This document shows, in pieces, positions 36,060 through 56,733 of a DNA stretch of 64,000 bases (position 1 is its first letter; each line of letters starts with the position of its first letter). Position numbers and translations under genes: made by a program. The stretch is from assembly GCA_963693365.1 (NCBI GenBank), contig CAVNZM010000007.1, positions 9,359,962 to 9,423,961 of the forward strand. Reading direction: 5' to 3'. This DNA comes from Amoebidium appalachense. Its lineage: Eukaryota > Protista > Ichthyosporea. A model generated the notes under the pieces. It was not told the origin of the DNA. It saw only the letters and a program-made list of their open reading frames with translations, and made no database searches.

Positions 36060-38788
36060 GTGTTACAATAGAAGTTTCCATCATGATTTGGTTCGAAAGA
36101 GGAAACGTGCGATAAGCAAAAAGATTTGAATAGTGCATATGATATATCGTTTAAAGGTTCTTAATCTGCTTTTAAAATTTCGCAAAGTAGCATGGTCAAC
36201 TTGAACAAGACGCGACAGTACTTTCTATATAGCTATGTCCTGAACTGTGATAGTACATCCATACCGCTTTGGGGCACGGATTGGTTGTTGCACTGGTGCT
36301 TGTGCTGATTTTTGATGGACTAGCGGACTTTGTTAACATTATCATTGGACTTGAGATTGTCCTGAGACAATCATTTATTAACGATGAATTGTGCGTGTCG
36401 TTTGTAGAACACAGTTAACGTGCACCTTACTTCTAATACCTTTGCTGACGAGTGAAGACATAAAGCGCCCAGGTTAAACAAAAGAGCCTCAAGTGTGGCT
36501 GTTTTGAGCAGGAGCCGATATGGTTGAGGTCAAACAATAAACTCTAAGTCTTGATGCATTCTTCCCCCCTGGTCCTATAAACAAAACTATTCTTTTGTCT
36601 TAGCACACTTTCGGACCACGTGTCCTGCGGTATTGCTGAACACCTCCCCCCCCCCCCCCCCCCGGGCCCCGAGTTAGCTTGTCACGTGCCTTCTCTCATG
36701 ATTAACTCATTTAAGTCATGGTAAAAGGGAGAGCTGCAGTGTTGGTTTCAGTGGCTGGCAACCTCGCAAGCTTGCAGGTGTTTTTTGCTAATGAGCACAG
36801 AGTAAGTGAATATTGCCCGTGGAGACTTACTTTTACTGTTACGCATGTCATATGGCAAAGGCTTAGAATGCGGTCCGTGCAACTAAAAAAAAATTGTGGA
36901 AAGAAATAGGGCCTGTATACACCGTAGCTGTCTGGCCGTAGCCGTCATGACACGGGCATGTTCTTGCACTCGTAGGTTTGGTACCTCGTGGAACAACCAC
37001 ATATTACCACTTTGTCGTGCCCTCATCCTTTCACGTGTGCAACAACTACAGTAACTTAGCGCTGTGAAAGCCTCACCGTATAAGCCCTGAGGTGTGAAGC
37101 GCATATTTGGCACACTTCAATATCAAGTTGCAATCTGTATTGCACTACATCTCATGCGCATGCCTCTGAGTAGTGAATACAGTAGGTGCTAATTCGTATG
37201 AGTCGGTTGGTCGCCACAACGAAAAGACTTTCTAAGCTTAGCATGGTAGCGGCATACTGCTTTTACGATGAGCCATTTCCCGTGCAGTTGTGCTGTGTCC
37301 AGCTGCAGTGTCCTACTAGTATTGTTTCCTAAGTTTCTGGAAACCACTGCAGTGAGGCCGTGAGAGATGTCAGTGTGTGCACGCATGGGAGTAAGATTCA
37401 CGCCTATATAGTAGCTTCTCGCTTGCAATGTTAGTATATACATAAACAAAGATTTATTCGTGGTACGTGTGTGTGCTTATGCCCAACCACATGCCCTAGT
37501 GCGAGTGCCCAAGCCATGCGGCATCAGCTTTGCAACGACGAGTGGCTCCACAAACCATTTGAAGTGCTTCGGTATCATGTTTTCTCCCTTAAGCTTGCAC
37601 CCTGCATCAGTCCGCCAATACTCGGCCCTTAAAAAATTGTGAGGGTCCAAGGTTCTCTACCCGAAGTTCAGTTTCACCAGAACCGCCCCACCTCTCTCGC
37701 AAGGCTGTTGTTACCTTATGCAAGGACGAGAAAAGAAAGCATTGGCCGGGACCTACTTATAGTGTCCAAAGTACTTCTGAGCTGAGAAGGACATACTCGG
37801 AGTCTCCGGCATGCCTTTTCTCAGCTTCTTCCAGCTTCCTTCCTCATGTGTCATCATGCTTCAACACCACAGCTATAGCGCACCACAGCTATAGCCGCCA
37901 CTCAGTACCACTGTGCCTAATCACCTCCCCCCCCTCCCGTCCCCCCACCCCACCCCCACCCCCCCGCCCCTCCTACCCCTCCCCTCACCACCACCATTCC
38001 CCACCCCTCCTCCCCTACCCCCTCCTCGCTCTCCGACTCCGAGTCCCCATGTGTCCGTGAGTGAGTCGTGCAGAAATACCTCATATCGCCTATTACCGAT
38101 AGGGGTGCATTGGTCTTCCGTACTATTACCACCTTATACCACCTCACGCACAACCCGCACATGGGCCCCCCGCGCATGCTCGGTGATAGCGTAATATTAC
38201 GGTAATTATATGAGTCGTGTCCCCCCAGACTATGTAGGGACACGCGATTGGCTAAAACTTCCCGCCATTTTTTAATGGAATTTATTGATCAAATCATGCG
38301 AAGCCCGCCAAAAATATGCAATATCATGCTAAGTCATGCATTCTTATGAAAATGTGGCAGGATTTAACCAGTGACGTCAGTCGCAGCTGAGACAAGGACG
38401 AAGTGCTTTTCCAGAAACTTTCAAACTGGCACACAAACGGTACATCAGAAAGCTTTGGAAAGGGAGCAGCATTTTAATCTCTTCTGAAACGATTATTAGA
38501 CGGGCACGGTTGCAGAGTTAGAATCGGTTCTGGTCCTTGTGTGTGTGTGAAGCTTCATTCTGACCATAATTTCGCATTGCATTTTCAAACAGGTTGGTAG
38601 CATCTGCAATAACAGGACAAGTGTTGTGCAGTGTTGCCTGGAGCTGTTTGATGCCCACAGGTGGCCACGTACAATTTGGCTTTCATGGCATTAATCAAGT
38701 AGAAATAATTGTTGTTCTTTGAATACTTCATATTCTTTTTTCCTCCATCAATACCTGGAAGTCACCCAGGTTGGGCACTCCAACGAAA

Positions 38789-45963
<7,175 letters not shown>

Positions 45964-46004
45964 TTCATTGTTTTTTTGTGTGTGTGTGTATGTGTGTTGT
46001 TGGT

Positions 46005-46049
<45 letters not shown>

Positions 46050-46098
46050 AATGTATGTTGAGAGATAACGTGGGTGTATGATGCTTTTTTTTTGCCCC

Positions 46099-46139
<41 letters not shown>

Positions 46140-47334
46140 TGTATGCTGAGAGAGATAACGTGGGTGTATGATATTTGTGGTTGCAGGTGTGCATGTGGAG
46201 AGTTTGTGTTAGCTAATACATAGGTATAGCATATATACAGGCAGGGATGCTGAACTTCCAGCAAAACACCCATATGCATCATAGCACGTACAGACAGGTC
46301 GTTTAGTGTTTTGCTGAGGCCTTGCATACACACACACGCGCATTGTACACAAGAACACAAGCACACACGCACAAGCGGGCGCACAGGTGCTTCCATCCGC
46401 AGGGGGGGGGGGGGGGGGGGGGGGGGGGGATGTAGAATGGTTAGATATGGATGCTTGGAACTCTGTGCAGCTGGAAGCACATATCAGTCGTAAAATCAGC
46501 TTCTAGCTCATGTGGTAGTTTACCTAACCTAAACTCTCCGTATGTGTTAGTTTCCTCGGTATTGTGCTTAATATTACTGATATTATTATGCACATATCCC
46601 GTATAATTGAATAGCATAATCGCTACCTATAGGTTATTTTTGGGTATGGTACTGGGGTGTAAATTCCCTGATTTCTTGAAGATGTTTCTTGCTAATGGTC
46701 TGATGGGGTGATATTTGGTGCTTGAGCTCTCTCTCTTCGAATTCGGCCAATCACGCTTGTCATGAACACACATACATTCACATAATCAAAATAATCAAAA
46801 TGTCTTAAATGGTGTTATCATATCCATTCATGTCATGTGAATGTATGTGTGTCGGAAAATGCCAAGGGCCGGGTGTGATGAGGTGGTTCGAATATCCCCT
46901 CCGAGCTTCCCTCCCCCCCCCGCCCGAACCCCCGGGGATTTTTACCCGCACAACAGAGTCGATCTGGTGTGTGAGATGCACTACATAGGATGAACCTACC
47001 TCCATTACAGTGGTGGCTTCGCATCGGCATGCGTGACGCAGGCCATGGCCAACACAGCCATCTGTTGCTGCTCCCCTTTAGTTGGATGAGTGACATCTCC
47101 GCGAGGTGCGCCTGCCGGTTTCACGTACGCGATACAAGGAAATTCGTGAAAAGGGTATATGTTGCAATGATCGGCTGATCCGTAAAAAGGTTAAAAAGAT
47201 TGGCGTGCCTCAGTGGTGCATTCGTTTCCTGTGGTCGACGACGAGTAGGGGAGTCTCGATTGGCCGTTGTCAACTTTTTCGGCCTGGGTTGAAAGACACC
47301 TATGTTCCTTCCCCATCAGATCTGGTTTTGATCT

Positions 47335-47387
47335 TCGACGACACTGGATTTCGAAACCTGGTGATCGACGACACTGGATTTCGAAAC
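47335..47387. repeat. Direct repeat TCGACGACACTGGATTTCGAAAC x2 (30-bp period)
   Basis: Exact 23-bp copies at 47335-47357 and 47365-47387. Confidence 0.9.
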
Positions 47388-47982
47388 TTCATGCAAATGC
47401 CTGCTGTCCACATGCTCATTGCATTCGGTCCTACGGTTGGTCCTGCACTACAATATATAATAGTGCAGCCGTTGTGGAGCAACCGGCACCGACAAAAAAA
47501 GATTGGGTAGATAGGATACCTGCTGCTTCTATCGGCGTAATGTCCCCATCTCTCCGCATGTGAGGAAAGCCAACCGCAGGTAAGAGAAGAAAAGGATGGG
47601 ATTTAACACTTGTAGTGAAAACTGGGAATGGCATCATTTTGGTGTGGTGATGTGGTCACGTGCGATGGCAGCAATTGTGTGTGTGGGGGGGGGGGGGGGA
47701 GGGGGGAGGGGGGGCAGGGGGGAGGCCAAAGGCACCAGGTGTGATCTCAGAAAAACATTTATTGAAGGCTCAACTTCACATGGGGTCAAAATTCACAATT
47801 CGGTTTAAGAGAATGTCCCTCCGAAAACTTCTACTGTCCTTATCTACATGGAGAAATATGTACGTAAGTTGTAAGTTAAGTTATATACGTTCACCGTACT
47901 TAAGAAGCCGCAAACGTTGAAAAAAATCTCTGCTTACCCGACGCATTACCGGGAGATCTAGAATGCTAAAATCAAGCAGCAT

Positions 47983-48071
47983 CATACTTATCCACAAGTT
48001 GAAAGTCATACTTTATCCACAAGTTGAAATATCCACAAGTTGAAAGTCATACTTTATCCACAAGTTGAAAG
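47983..48071. repeat. Tandem repeat CATACTTTATCCACAAGTTGAAAGT, about 4 imperfect units
   Basis: Directly visible. Confidence 0.9.
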
Positions 48072-48236
48072 ATGTCAACTGCTATACTGGCCCGGGCCTT
48101 GACAAAGCCCTGAGCACAAGTGTGGGAAAGGGAGATGTGTTGGCCTCAAACACATCTATCAGATGTTTAAGGTATGTAGTAGCCTAAAGACGCATTTTGT
48201 GCACGGGCAGCGGTGGGGTGGGGTCTCACTGTTCAA

Positions 48237-48929
48237 CTATGACCGCTGGACCAGGCTGTTGTACTCCATCAGCAGGCTGACGTACATGTCGTAGACCTTC
48301 TCGGCAGCCATGCGGTCGTCCCGTGCCCGCTGCTGGGCTTCTGCCGCCCGCAATTCTGCCTCTGTCTTCTGCACCTGCAGCTGCTGCAGCTGTGCCACCA
48401 GCTCGGCAAGTTCCCTCTGCAGCCCCTCGGTCTGCCCCAGCGTGGCCTCCAGCTGCTCTTGTGCCTCGGCCGCCCGTGCCTGCTCAATCTCAAGCCGGGC
48501 ATATGTGCGTGCTAGCTGCGACTCGGCCGCTCGCCTCTCCTGTGTTTGGATGCTCAGCTGGCGGGTGACCTCGACCAGGTCGGGATGGGGCACCTTGACG
48601 TTGCGAGGCTTAGTCTTCTTGCTGCTGGCAAGGCTGTCCCTCCTCTCCCCCGGCACGTAGCTGACGGCTGTGACTGTGGCAATGCTCTTCTTGGACTCAG
48701 CCGGCGACAGAGCCCCCACCAGAGAAGAGTCGGTGCCGCTGCTGGTTGAGCCCTTGCTGTCTTGTGTAATCTCCCGGCGGAAGGACAGCGTGCGGAGCAG
48801 GTCCCGTGCCTTGGAGACGGTTGACGCACGCGAGCTCACGCTGACACGGCTGTTTACACGGCCCAGAGCATGGGAGGTGCCGGCACCAAAGATGATGGCA
48901 TCGTCGTGGTGGGAAGCAGCGGGAGCCAT
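48237..48929 (-). CDS. Single-exon protein (230 aa): Ser-rich N-terminal half and C-terminal coiled coil
   Basis: From ATG 48929 (MAPAASHHDD) to TAG. GC3-rich codons and a heptad-like E/Q/A/L-rich tail. The longer ORF-track extension to 49514 looks non-coding. Confidence 0.75.
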   Translation of the reverse strand: MAPAASHHDDAIIFGAGTSHALGRVNSRVSVSSRASTVSKARDLLRTLSFRREITQDSKGSTSSGTDSSLVGALSPAESKKSIATVTAVSYVPGERRDSLASSKKTKPRNVKVPHPDLVEVTRQLSIQTQERRAAESQLARTYARLEIEQARAAEAQEQLEATLGQTEGLQRELAELVAQLQQLQVQKTEAELRAAEAQQRARDDRMAAEKVYDMYVSLLMEYNSLVQRS

Positions 48930-50935
48930 GTTTGGTGGTGTGACCGAGAGGGCGAGGTGAGCGTTGTGGCGGAGTGTGGCGGGGTCTGGCGTTTGTAACC
49001 TTCCCCCACCGTGCGTGTGTTGGCGGCTTTCGAATTCGTGTGAGCCAGCTGTGATATTAGATGGTTTAGGGCAGAAAATTGTCCCTGAAAGTCCGAAAAT
49101 TGTCCCTAACTTTTTGAGGTTAGGTCCATCAATTATCAAAAAATTGGCCCTAGCAGAGCCAAATATAAGAAAATACACCCAAAAAACGGTTGTTGGCTCT
49201 GTTGGAGCCATCCAGGCTGGTGGAAAGTTACCAAAATGGCACCAGCCAAAAACACATTTCACACCCTGGCCCCCAGTTGTGTGGTCACGCGGTGAGTGTA
49301 GGAAAACATCCGTAAGACTCATGTGAGTCATGACTGCCCTGCCGCGTGGTTCTGCGGATGGAGCGAGACAAAAAGAAAACAATGTGAAAAATACATAAGT
49401 ATTAGTGTGCAAGCTTTTGCTGAAATGGCCAAATTTATTATTCTTTGGACTTTTTTTTTCTCTCTCTCTTACATTGCAGAACTGAGTGCAGGTAAAGTAT
49501 TTGAAGACCTTCAAGGCCAGTAGCGTTCACCAATCAGATCTTCCTACTTGCCACTATTGGCAGCCTGAATCGACTCAAGAATAGGGTAAAAGATCTGCGG
49601 ATTTCACTAATGTCGACAACACGGGCTCCGGCGACTACATATCTCTTTGGGGTTCTCACCGAGTTTTGTTAGCAAACCATGGACAAAATAAAATATGTAT
49701 TAATGAGATGCGCTGTAATATTCAAGAGATTACCTATTGCTTAGAAATTAAAGTGTAGAATCTCATGTGAGAGCTTGACGGTTGATCACCCTTGCAGTCA
49801 CTTCCGCGTTTTTACTCACCTCCACTGGTTTCTGGTTCTTGTGCCATAGGCCAATCAAATACATGTTCCAATCATATTGGCCCTGAGCCTCAATATGACG
49901 TCATCGGTACATGCCAGTGCGTTGACCATTGAACGGCAGCTATGTAGGCTATGCCATGAAAACTCAAGATGCCAACAGACATACTGCAAACATTTTTTAA
50001 AAAATATAAGGATATATTCCTTGTGTATAGTAGTTTCTACATATGCAACTGCATGTGAGTACACTGGATTCTCACAGCCGGCAGTGCCAGAACAATTCTG
50101 GGCCTTGATGCGCTCCGGACCAATCCAGTCGCTGTATGCGCAAACATTTTAACCTCGTGGTCGTGATCGTCGATCATCATGATCACATGCTGTTCGAATC
50201 TCGTGACAGCCAAGGGCCTTCGGGCCGGTGGACGTCATCAAAGAGTGTCAAATGCAACAGGTCCGAATCTATCATTCTTCTCCTCCACCCCTTTTCCCCC
50301 ATCCCTCCCCTCCCCCTCCCCCCTCCCCCCCCCCCCCCCTCCCCCCCTTCCCCCCTCCCCCCCTCCTCTCCATGATGCTCCACCGTGCACCTCGAGTAAT
50401 CTCCTCCGGCCCCCCTCGGACCCCTCCTCTACACATGCATTACACACACTGTACACCGCACCTTGTGGGCAGATCTATGTATTGATTCGGCCACCACTCA
50501 GGCGAATCACTCGAGCCCGTTTGCGGATATGCGGCCTTCGAATTCCTCGCATTCCGGAGCTACTATTTTAATTCATCAAGTTTGAATGTTCGAAGGTCAA
50601 CGGTGGCCCACTACGACGGTCACCTGTACACGTCTCCTCTTGGCCTTCAAGGATAATGCTGAGGACCATTTCTCTCCCCACCTATTCTTCCTAAATAGTG
50701 ATCAATCAGATTCCTCTCCGAGGGAGGTAAATGTCCTCTTGGTGCATGTACAGTTGGCATCCCAAACGCAGACATGTACACGTGCACGTGCACATGCATG
50801 CTTAATGGAAATATATGACTCAGGGAACGAATACTGCACCGAACTCACTCGGATATGAAACCCAAGAATCATTATTAGCATTCATTGGCAAACGGTTGTC
50901 CCCCCGGCCCCTCCCCCCTTCCCCCCCCTCCCCCC

Positions 50936-50972
<37 letters not shown>

Positions 50973-51263
50973 CCCCAGCTCCCCCCATTGCGCACGCAGC
51001 GATGTATGGAACACCCTCCCCAGGCCCTCTCCCCCCTCCCTCCCCCTCAATTCAATGCATTGTATTGAACCCCCCCCTCCCCTCGCCCCACCCCCCACCC
51101 CCCACCCCCCACCCCCTTCCCCTTCAAGCTTCACGGACCTCTTAAACAGGAGGTTTAAATTTGGGACTGTGGCTGAGTATGTATGTACTGCAATCCACGC
51201 TCATCCGCCCTGGCTTGCCCTCTCTCAGTCTCCCTAATTAGATCTCTTTCATGATCGCCCTAG

Positions 51264-51372
<109 letters not shown>

Positions 51373-51374
51373 TT

Positions 51375-51405
<31 letters not shown>

Positions 51406-51409
51406 CCCC

Positions 51410-51462
<53 letters not shown>

Positions 51463-51493
51463 CTCTCTCTCCCTCTCTCCCTCTCCCCCCCCC

Positions 51494-51594
<101 letters not shown>

Positions 51595-51884
51595 CCCCCC
51601 CCCCTCCCCCCTCCGCAACTTACTCTCCCCCCCCCCTCCTCCCCTTCCCCCGGCCCCCCATCTGCCCCCGGAGCCCTCTCACTCCCCTGCCCCACACACA
51701 GAGAGGGGGGGGGGGGGGGGGGGGGGGGGGTTGCAATCCCCAGGCTCCCGCGTCGATCCAGACATTCATATTGGGGTCTAGAAAGCATTCTAGCAGGCTG
51801 CACCCAAAGTTCACGTAACCTTAATTATAAATTTGGCCCTGTATGGGGGAGGGGGCCCTGACCACCTCCTTCTAAGCGAGGTCC

Positions 51885-51920
<36 letters not shown>

Positions 51921-52776
51921 CTTCCCTCCTCCCCTGCCCACCACGACCACCACGACCACCACTATCACCACCATCCACCTTATCCCTTCTTTCTTCTTCC
52001 TCTCCAGGGAAAAACAGGAGCGAGCGAAGAGAACCCCATGACGGTTCGAGAGTGGGTATCCTTTAGTGCCCCCTCTTTAGAAGAATTTTTATACACCCCC
52101 CCCCCCCCCCCCCCCCCCTTATTTCAAACTTATGAAGCCCTTACTGTCCTTTCTTTGCAATTTGCTGGGTGCCTTCCGCCGTATTTGCGTGCATATTCAT
52201 AACTTAAAACGACCAACCTCAAGCTCATGGTCGTGTAAAGTTTATCTTTTTTTCCCCCTTTTCCCTCCCTTTTTTTCTTTCTTTCTTTTTTTTTTTTTTT
52301 TTTTTCTTTTTGCAGTTTGCAGTATCTTTTCTGGGTCTCACAGGCCTAGGACTAGCTGGACTAAGGGTTTTCAAAAGTTCCGAAAACCGTTAGAAAAGTT
52401 CTATTGCGAAACACCAAATAAAGATAAAGTTAGAAGGGGAGGGGGGGGGGGGGGGGGGGTATAAGTTGTTTGTCCAACGGCATGGTATACGTATCCCCCC
52501 CACGGCCACCTCCATCCCTCCCTTTCAGCCCATATCCCCACCACTTCCCTCTCCCCCCGGCCCAGTGTGAGAACTACTTGTACAGTAGTTTGCTTTGAAA
52601 TGATTTGACGTCTATCCCCCCCTCCCCCTCCCTCCCCCCCCTCCCCCCTCCCCCCCCCCCCTCACCTCTTCCTTCGAGGCTCGAATCCTTCGGCATACCC
52701 TCCATCCCCCTCCCCACCTCAAAAGCCCTTGCTATCCACCGATCAAAGGTTTCCTTTTTTTTTTTTTTTTTTTTTT

Positions 52777-52817
<41 letters not shown>

Positions 52818-53070
52818 TGAGTACCTATTGTTTTGGTTATGCCCCGGCGTGCCGATAGTTTATTGGTGTTGGGGATGGAGGCTAGGATGCAGGAATGATT
52901 GGGGAGCGCACGGAGCTGGGCGTCACTAAATGGGTGGGTGGGTGGGTGGGTGTTTTGTTTGCTTGTTTGTTTGTTTGCTTGTTTGGGTGGGTAGGTGGGT
53001 GTATGTATTGTTTGTTTGTTTGTTTGCTTGCTTGCTTGTTTGGGTGTGTGTGTTTGCGTGTGGTGGTGGT

Positions 53071-53101
<31 letters not shown>

Positions 53102-54228
53102 GAGGGGGGTGGGGGGGGGGGGGGGGGGGGGGGGGGCTCAAAGATAACTGACTATTAACATGGATCGTTTTCGGAATAAGCCCAGGGATAAACTCGTTCG
53201 GAATAAATAATGATTCCAGCATATTTTTCCAACCAGAAACCAGAAACTGCCGAGACTTTCCGTATGGCGTGTTGTGTTTCCAGTTGCCCCCACTCCATCA
53301 CCCAGTGTTGTCTGGACCCCTCCCCCCCCCCCCCTCCCCCCCTTCCGCCTCCCTCCCTGCCCCCCCTCCCCCCCTTCCCCCCCCGACCCTCCTCCCCTCT
53401 TCCCCTGTCCCCGCCCTCCCCCCCCCCCCCCTCCCCTACAAAAAAAAAAAAAAAAGAAAACACCCCCAGCCCCACCATTCCCCCCCCCCCCCCCTCCCCC
53501 CCCCCTCTCCCCCCCCCCCCCCCTTCCCCCCCCCTTCGCCTCGCGGCCCAAACAACCATCACCACCACCACCAATACCATCACCACATACTCATCCACAA
53601 GCATACAGCGTGCCATTGGGGTAGCATATAACTACCACATGTATCATATGATATTTCCTTTGAGGAGACTGGACCCATATAGATATATCCGGAGTTTAAC
53701 GATAATAATACCCTTGGATATGCGTAGTGCTTTTTTAGGGAGTGATTCAGGTTAATGAGGGGTGTTACAGACTATTAGTATTGGTGTGTCTTCACATGTT
53801 TCTCCTCTTAGCCTATAATCACTGAATAAAAATGTAACCTTACTGGTAAGTTTTGGCACTGCAAGGCGACCTTACATAGTCTAGTAATTTCCGACATGTG
53901 TAGGCACCAATCGTCCTTAGGCTACAGTTTGATCATGACATCAGACCCCTCCCCCTGGGTCATTTGGAGATCCCTGGTAGAATCCCCCAAAAAGGTAAGG
54001 CTTTTACAAGCATGTTGTTAACCAATGTGTTCATTTTTTGCCACCCCTTTTTACTGTGGCACAAATATCGTCTGAAAAGGCTCGGGTGTGTGGCCTATCA
54101 CTCTAGATCTATACACTGTGTGCTTGGGTGGTGGCCGGTTGGGGATGGGAGGTGATGGGGGAGGTGGAGGTGGAGGGGGGAACGGGAGACGAAGAGCGTG
54201 TGTTATGTTCTTCGTTTTTTTTTTTTGT

Positions 54229-54270
<42 letters not shown>

Positions 54271-54411
54271 GGGAGGGGGAGAGAAGGAGGGGGGGGGGGA
54301 GGGGGGGGGAGGATGCAAGGCCAGTCGGCAGGTAGCTACTACAAGACCGACGACAAAGGATGGGTGAGAGGCTAGGGAGGAACCCAATTGGAGGGAGAAG
54401 GAGGGAGTTTT

Positions 54412-54442
<31 letters not shown>

Positions 54443-55421
54443 GGGGGAAGGGAGGGGGGGAGGGGGGTTGCAGTATTGATGCGCTCATAAATATGAGGCC
54501 TTGAGAGAGCTGGGGGGGATCTGGTTTGGATGCCCTCCAATCAAGTGGCCTACATGGTTTTGGTTCCATCCAATCAAATCTGCCCCACATCATGTGACCT
54601 CAAATACACTCCAACCGCCCATGTGTAACACTGGCTCTCGATAAGACGTGCGGTGGACTCACTGGAAGTTTAGGCATTGTTGTGCCCCCGGGGGGCCGGG
54701 TTAATGGACGGAGAGCGGGGGGAGGGGGGGGGGGGAGGGGAGGAAGGGGCGGTTTGGGGGGGTTTGAGGGAGTTCGGGTTTGGGCCAGATTTGGGGATAT
54801 GGGGAGTGGAAGAGGGAGGGGGAGCGGGAGGCGGGATGGATGGGGGGGGGGAGGGGGGGGGAGGGGGGGAGGGGGGGGGGGGAGGGGGGGGGAAGATCCG
54901 CACTTTTTTTTGTTATCCCTTTTTGTCGGCTTATTCAATGGTGGTTACCATACAGCTATTATCTAAGAATTGTGGCTTCCTATGCCATATGCGAATCAAC
55001 ACACACAAATGGGATGAGAATAACGACCCAGAGCTATCCCGGCCAGGCTTTCCCCCTCCCAAGCCCCCCTTCCCCCCACTTCCCTTGCCCCCTCCGGCTG
55101 ACACCCCCCTCCCCGGACCCCCCCCCCCCCCTCCCGCCAACCTCCAACTTACCCACCCCACCCACCCACACCCACTCACCAGGATAGCAACCCCCCGCAC
55201 CGACCACCTCCATAAAACCAAACGATGCAGACAGCCTTCACTATGTCTTCGAGTCCTTCAGCCACCTTCCTACCCACCTACCACCAAGTTAACCCTGCTC
55301 CCCCCGTTTCCCCCCTCCCCTTCTCCCCCCCCCCCCCCTCCCCCCTTCCCCCCCCCTCACCCCCCCCCCCCCCCCCCCCCCCCGGCCCCCCGTGCCCTTC
55401 GCCCACACACACACGTGCATG

Positions 55422-55452
<31 letters not shown>

Positions 55453-55551
55453 TTGGTTGCTTCCCCCCCTCCCCCACCCACCCCCCACCCTCCCGCTAAA
55501 GGATGATCCCCCCTCCTTCCCCCCCCCCCCCCCCCCCCCCCCCTCCACCCC

Positions 55552-55582
<31 letters not shown>

Positions 55583-55846
55583 AAAAAAAAAAAAAAAAAA
55601 CTGTCAGGTGCGTCTGCCTGATGATCAAGGTGTCTTCTGATAGCTATTGGATGCTTCTGGAAGCAGGAATGCCGGGAAGAGGGGGAAGGGGGCGGGGGAG
55701 GGGGGGGAGGGGGGGAATAGGCTAAGAGCAAATATTGAGCGGCGGCGGTCACGGGGAACTGAAAAGGAAGGGGAGGGGGGCTCCTACGGGGGGAATGGTT
55801 GTAGTATTGATTTGGGGAGCCCGGGGGATTGTGGGGTCCCGGAGCA

Positions 55847-55877
<31 letters not shown>

Positions 55878-56733
55878 GGGGAGGAGGGTTGAGGGGTGGC
55901 CCGGGAGGTGTATGTATTGAGGTGTGTGTGGTGTGCCGATGATGTGTGTCTGCGTGTGTGTGTGTAGGGGGGGGGGGGGGGGAGAGGGGAGGAAGGGGTT
56001 GAGGGGGGGGAGGGGGGAGGGGGGGCTGGGGGAAAGGGGGAGGGTCCCCGAGCTTAAACTAATCGCGAGTACAATCACTCCCACTTCCCCTCCACACTTC
56101 CACACATTGACAAGGGGAACAGTAACATTTAGTTGTGTTTACGGCGCAGCCACACGTGTGTACGGCATGGATATGGGTAGCGATTTCGAACACATATGCA
56201 TATGCACCACGTGTGACAAGACAAGCGTCAGACACACAGGAAGTGGAACTTTAGAGCGATTCTGTACGTGCAGGCAGGCCATACGCTCACGTGCGCACGT
56301 TAACGTGCATGATGACTGTTTCTGCCATACGTGGATATCCTAACACACACTAAGTTAATAAGCTTCATAGAAACACGTCAACCCTAAAAAACTCGTTCAG
56401 GTGCTTCTGGCCAGAGAAGACAAATGAACGCTTGCATGTGTGGTTATCAGTAGGGAAAAAACTGGGGCAAATAGAAAAGGTGTGCTTTACTTTTGCTAAA
56501 CAGCAAATTCGTGAGCTGTACAACAAGTCAGGAGTCGCCAAGAAGTTAAAAATATATATAGCAGTCTATCATCATTCGAAATTCAACAATAGCCCGTAAT
56601 TGAAAGCGGGGCTGTTCTACACACCTCAAATACAAAACTATACAGTTATACCACAGGCACAGGATTTACCAGATACCAATATCTATTACACTATACTACA
56701 ATGGAAACATTCATTCCGAATCACAAAATCTAA

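Noticed and set aside
46950-47600. Short overlapping ORFs suggesting a decayed transposon or viral gene
   Set aside because: No recognisable motif; only a local 30-bp-period duplication is supportable.
47988-48062. Three perfect TTATCCACA (bacterial DnaA-box consensus) motifs
   Set aside because: They are produced by one short tandem duplication in eukaryotic DNA, with no oriC context.
48930-49514. 195-aa N-terminal extension of the 425-aa ORF
   Set aside because: Non-ATG start and AT-rich, promoter/MITE-like sequence with an internal repeat (AAAATTGTCCCT x2); coding-like composition starts near 48929.
51730-51814. Minus-strand peptide LLECFLDPNMNVWIDAG, vaguely Kelch-like
   Set aside because: A single short match with no further repeats or supporting splice sites.
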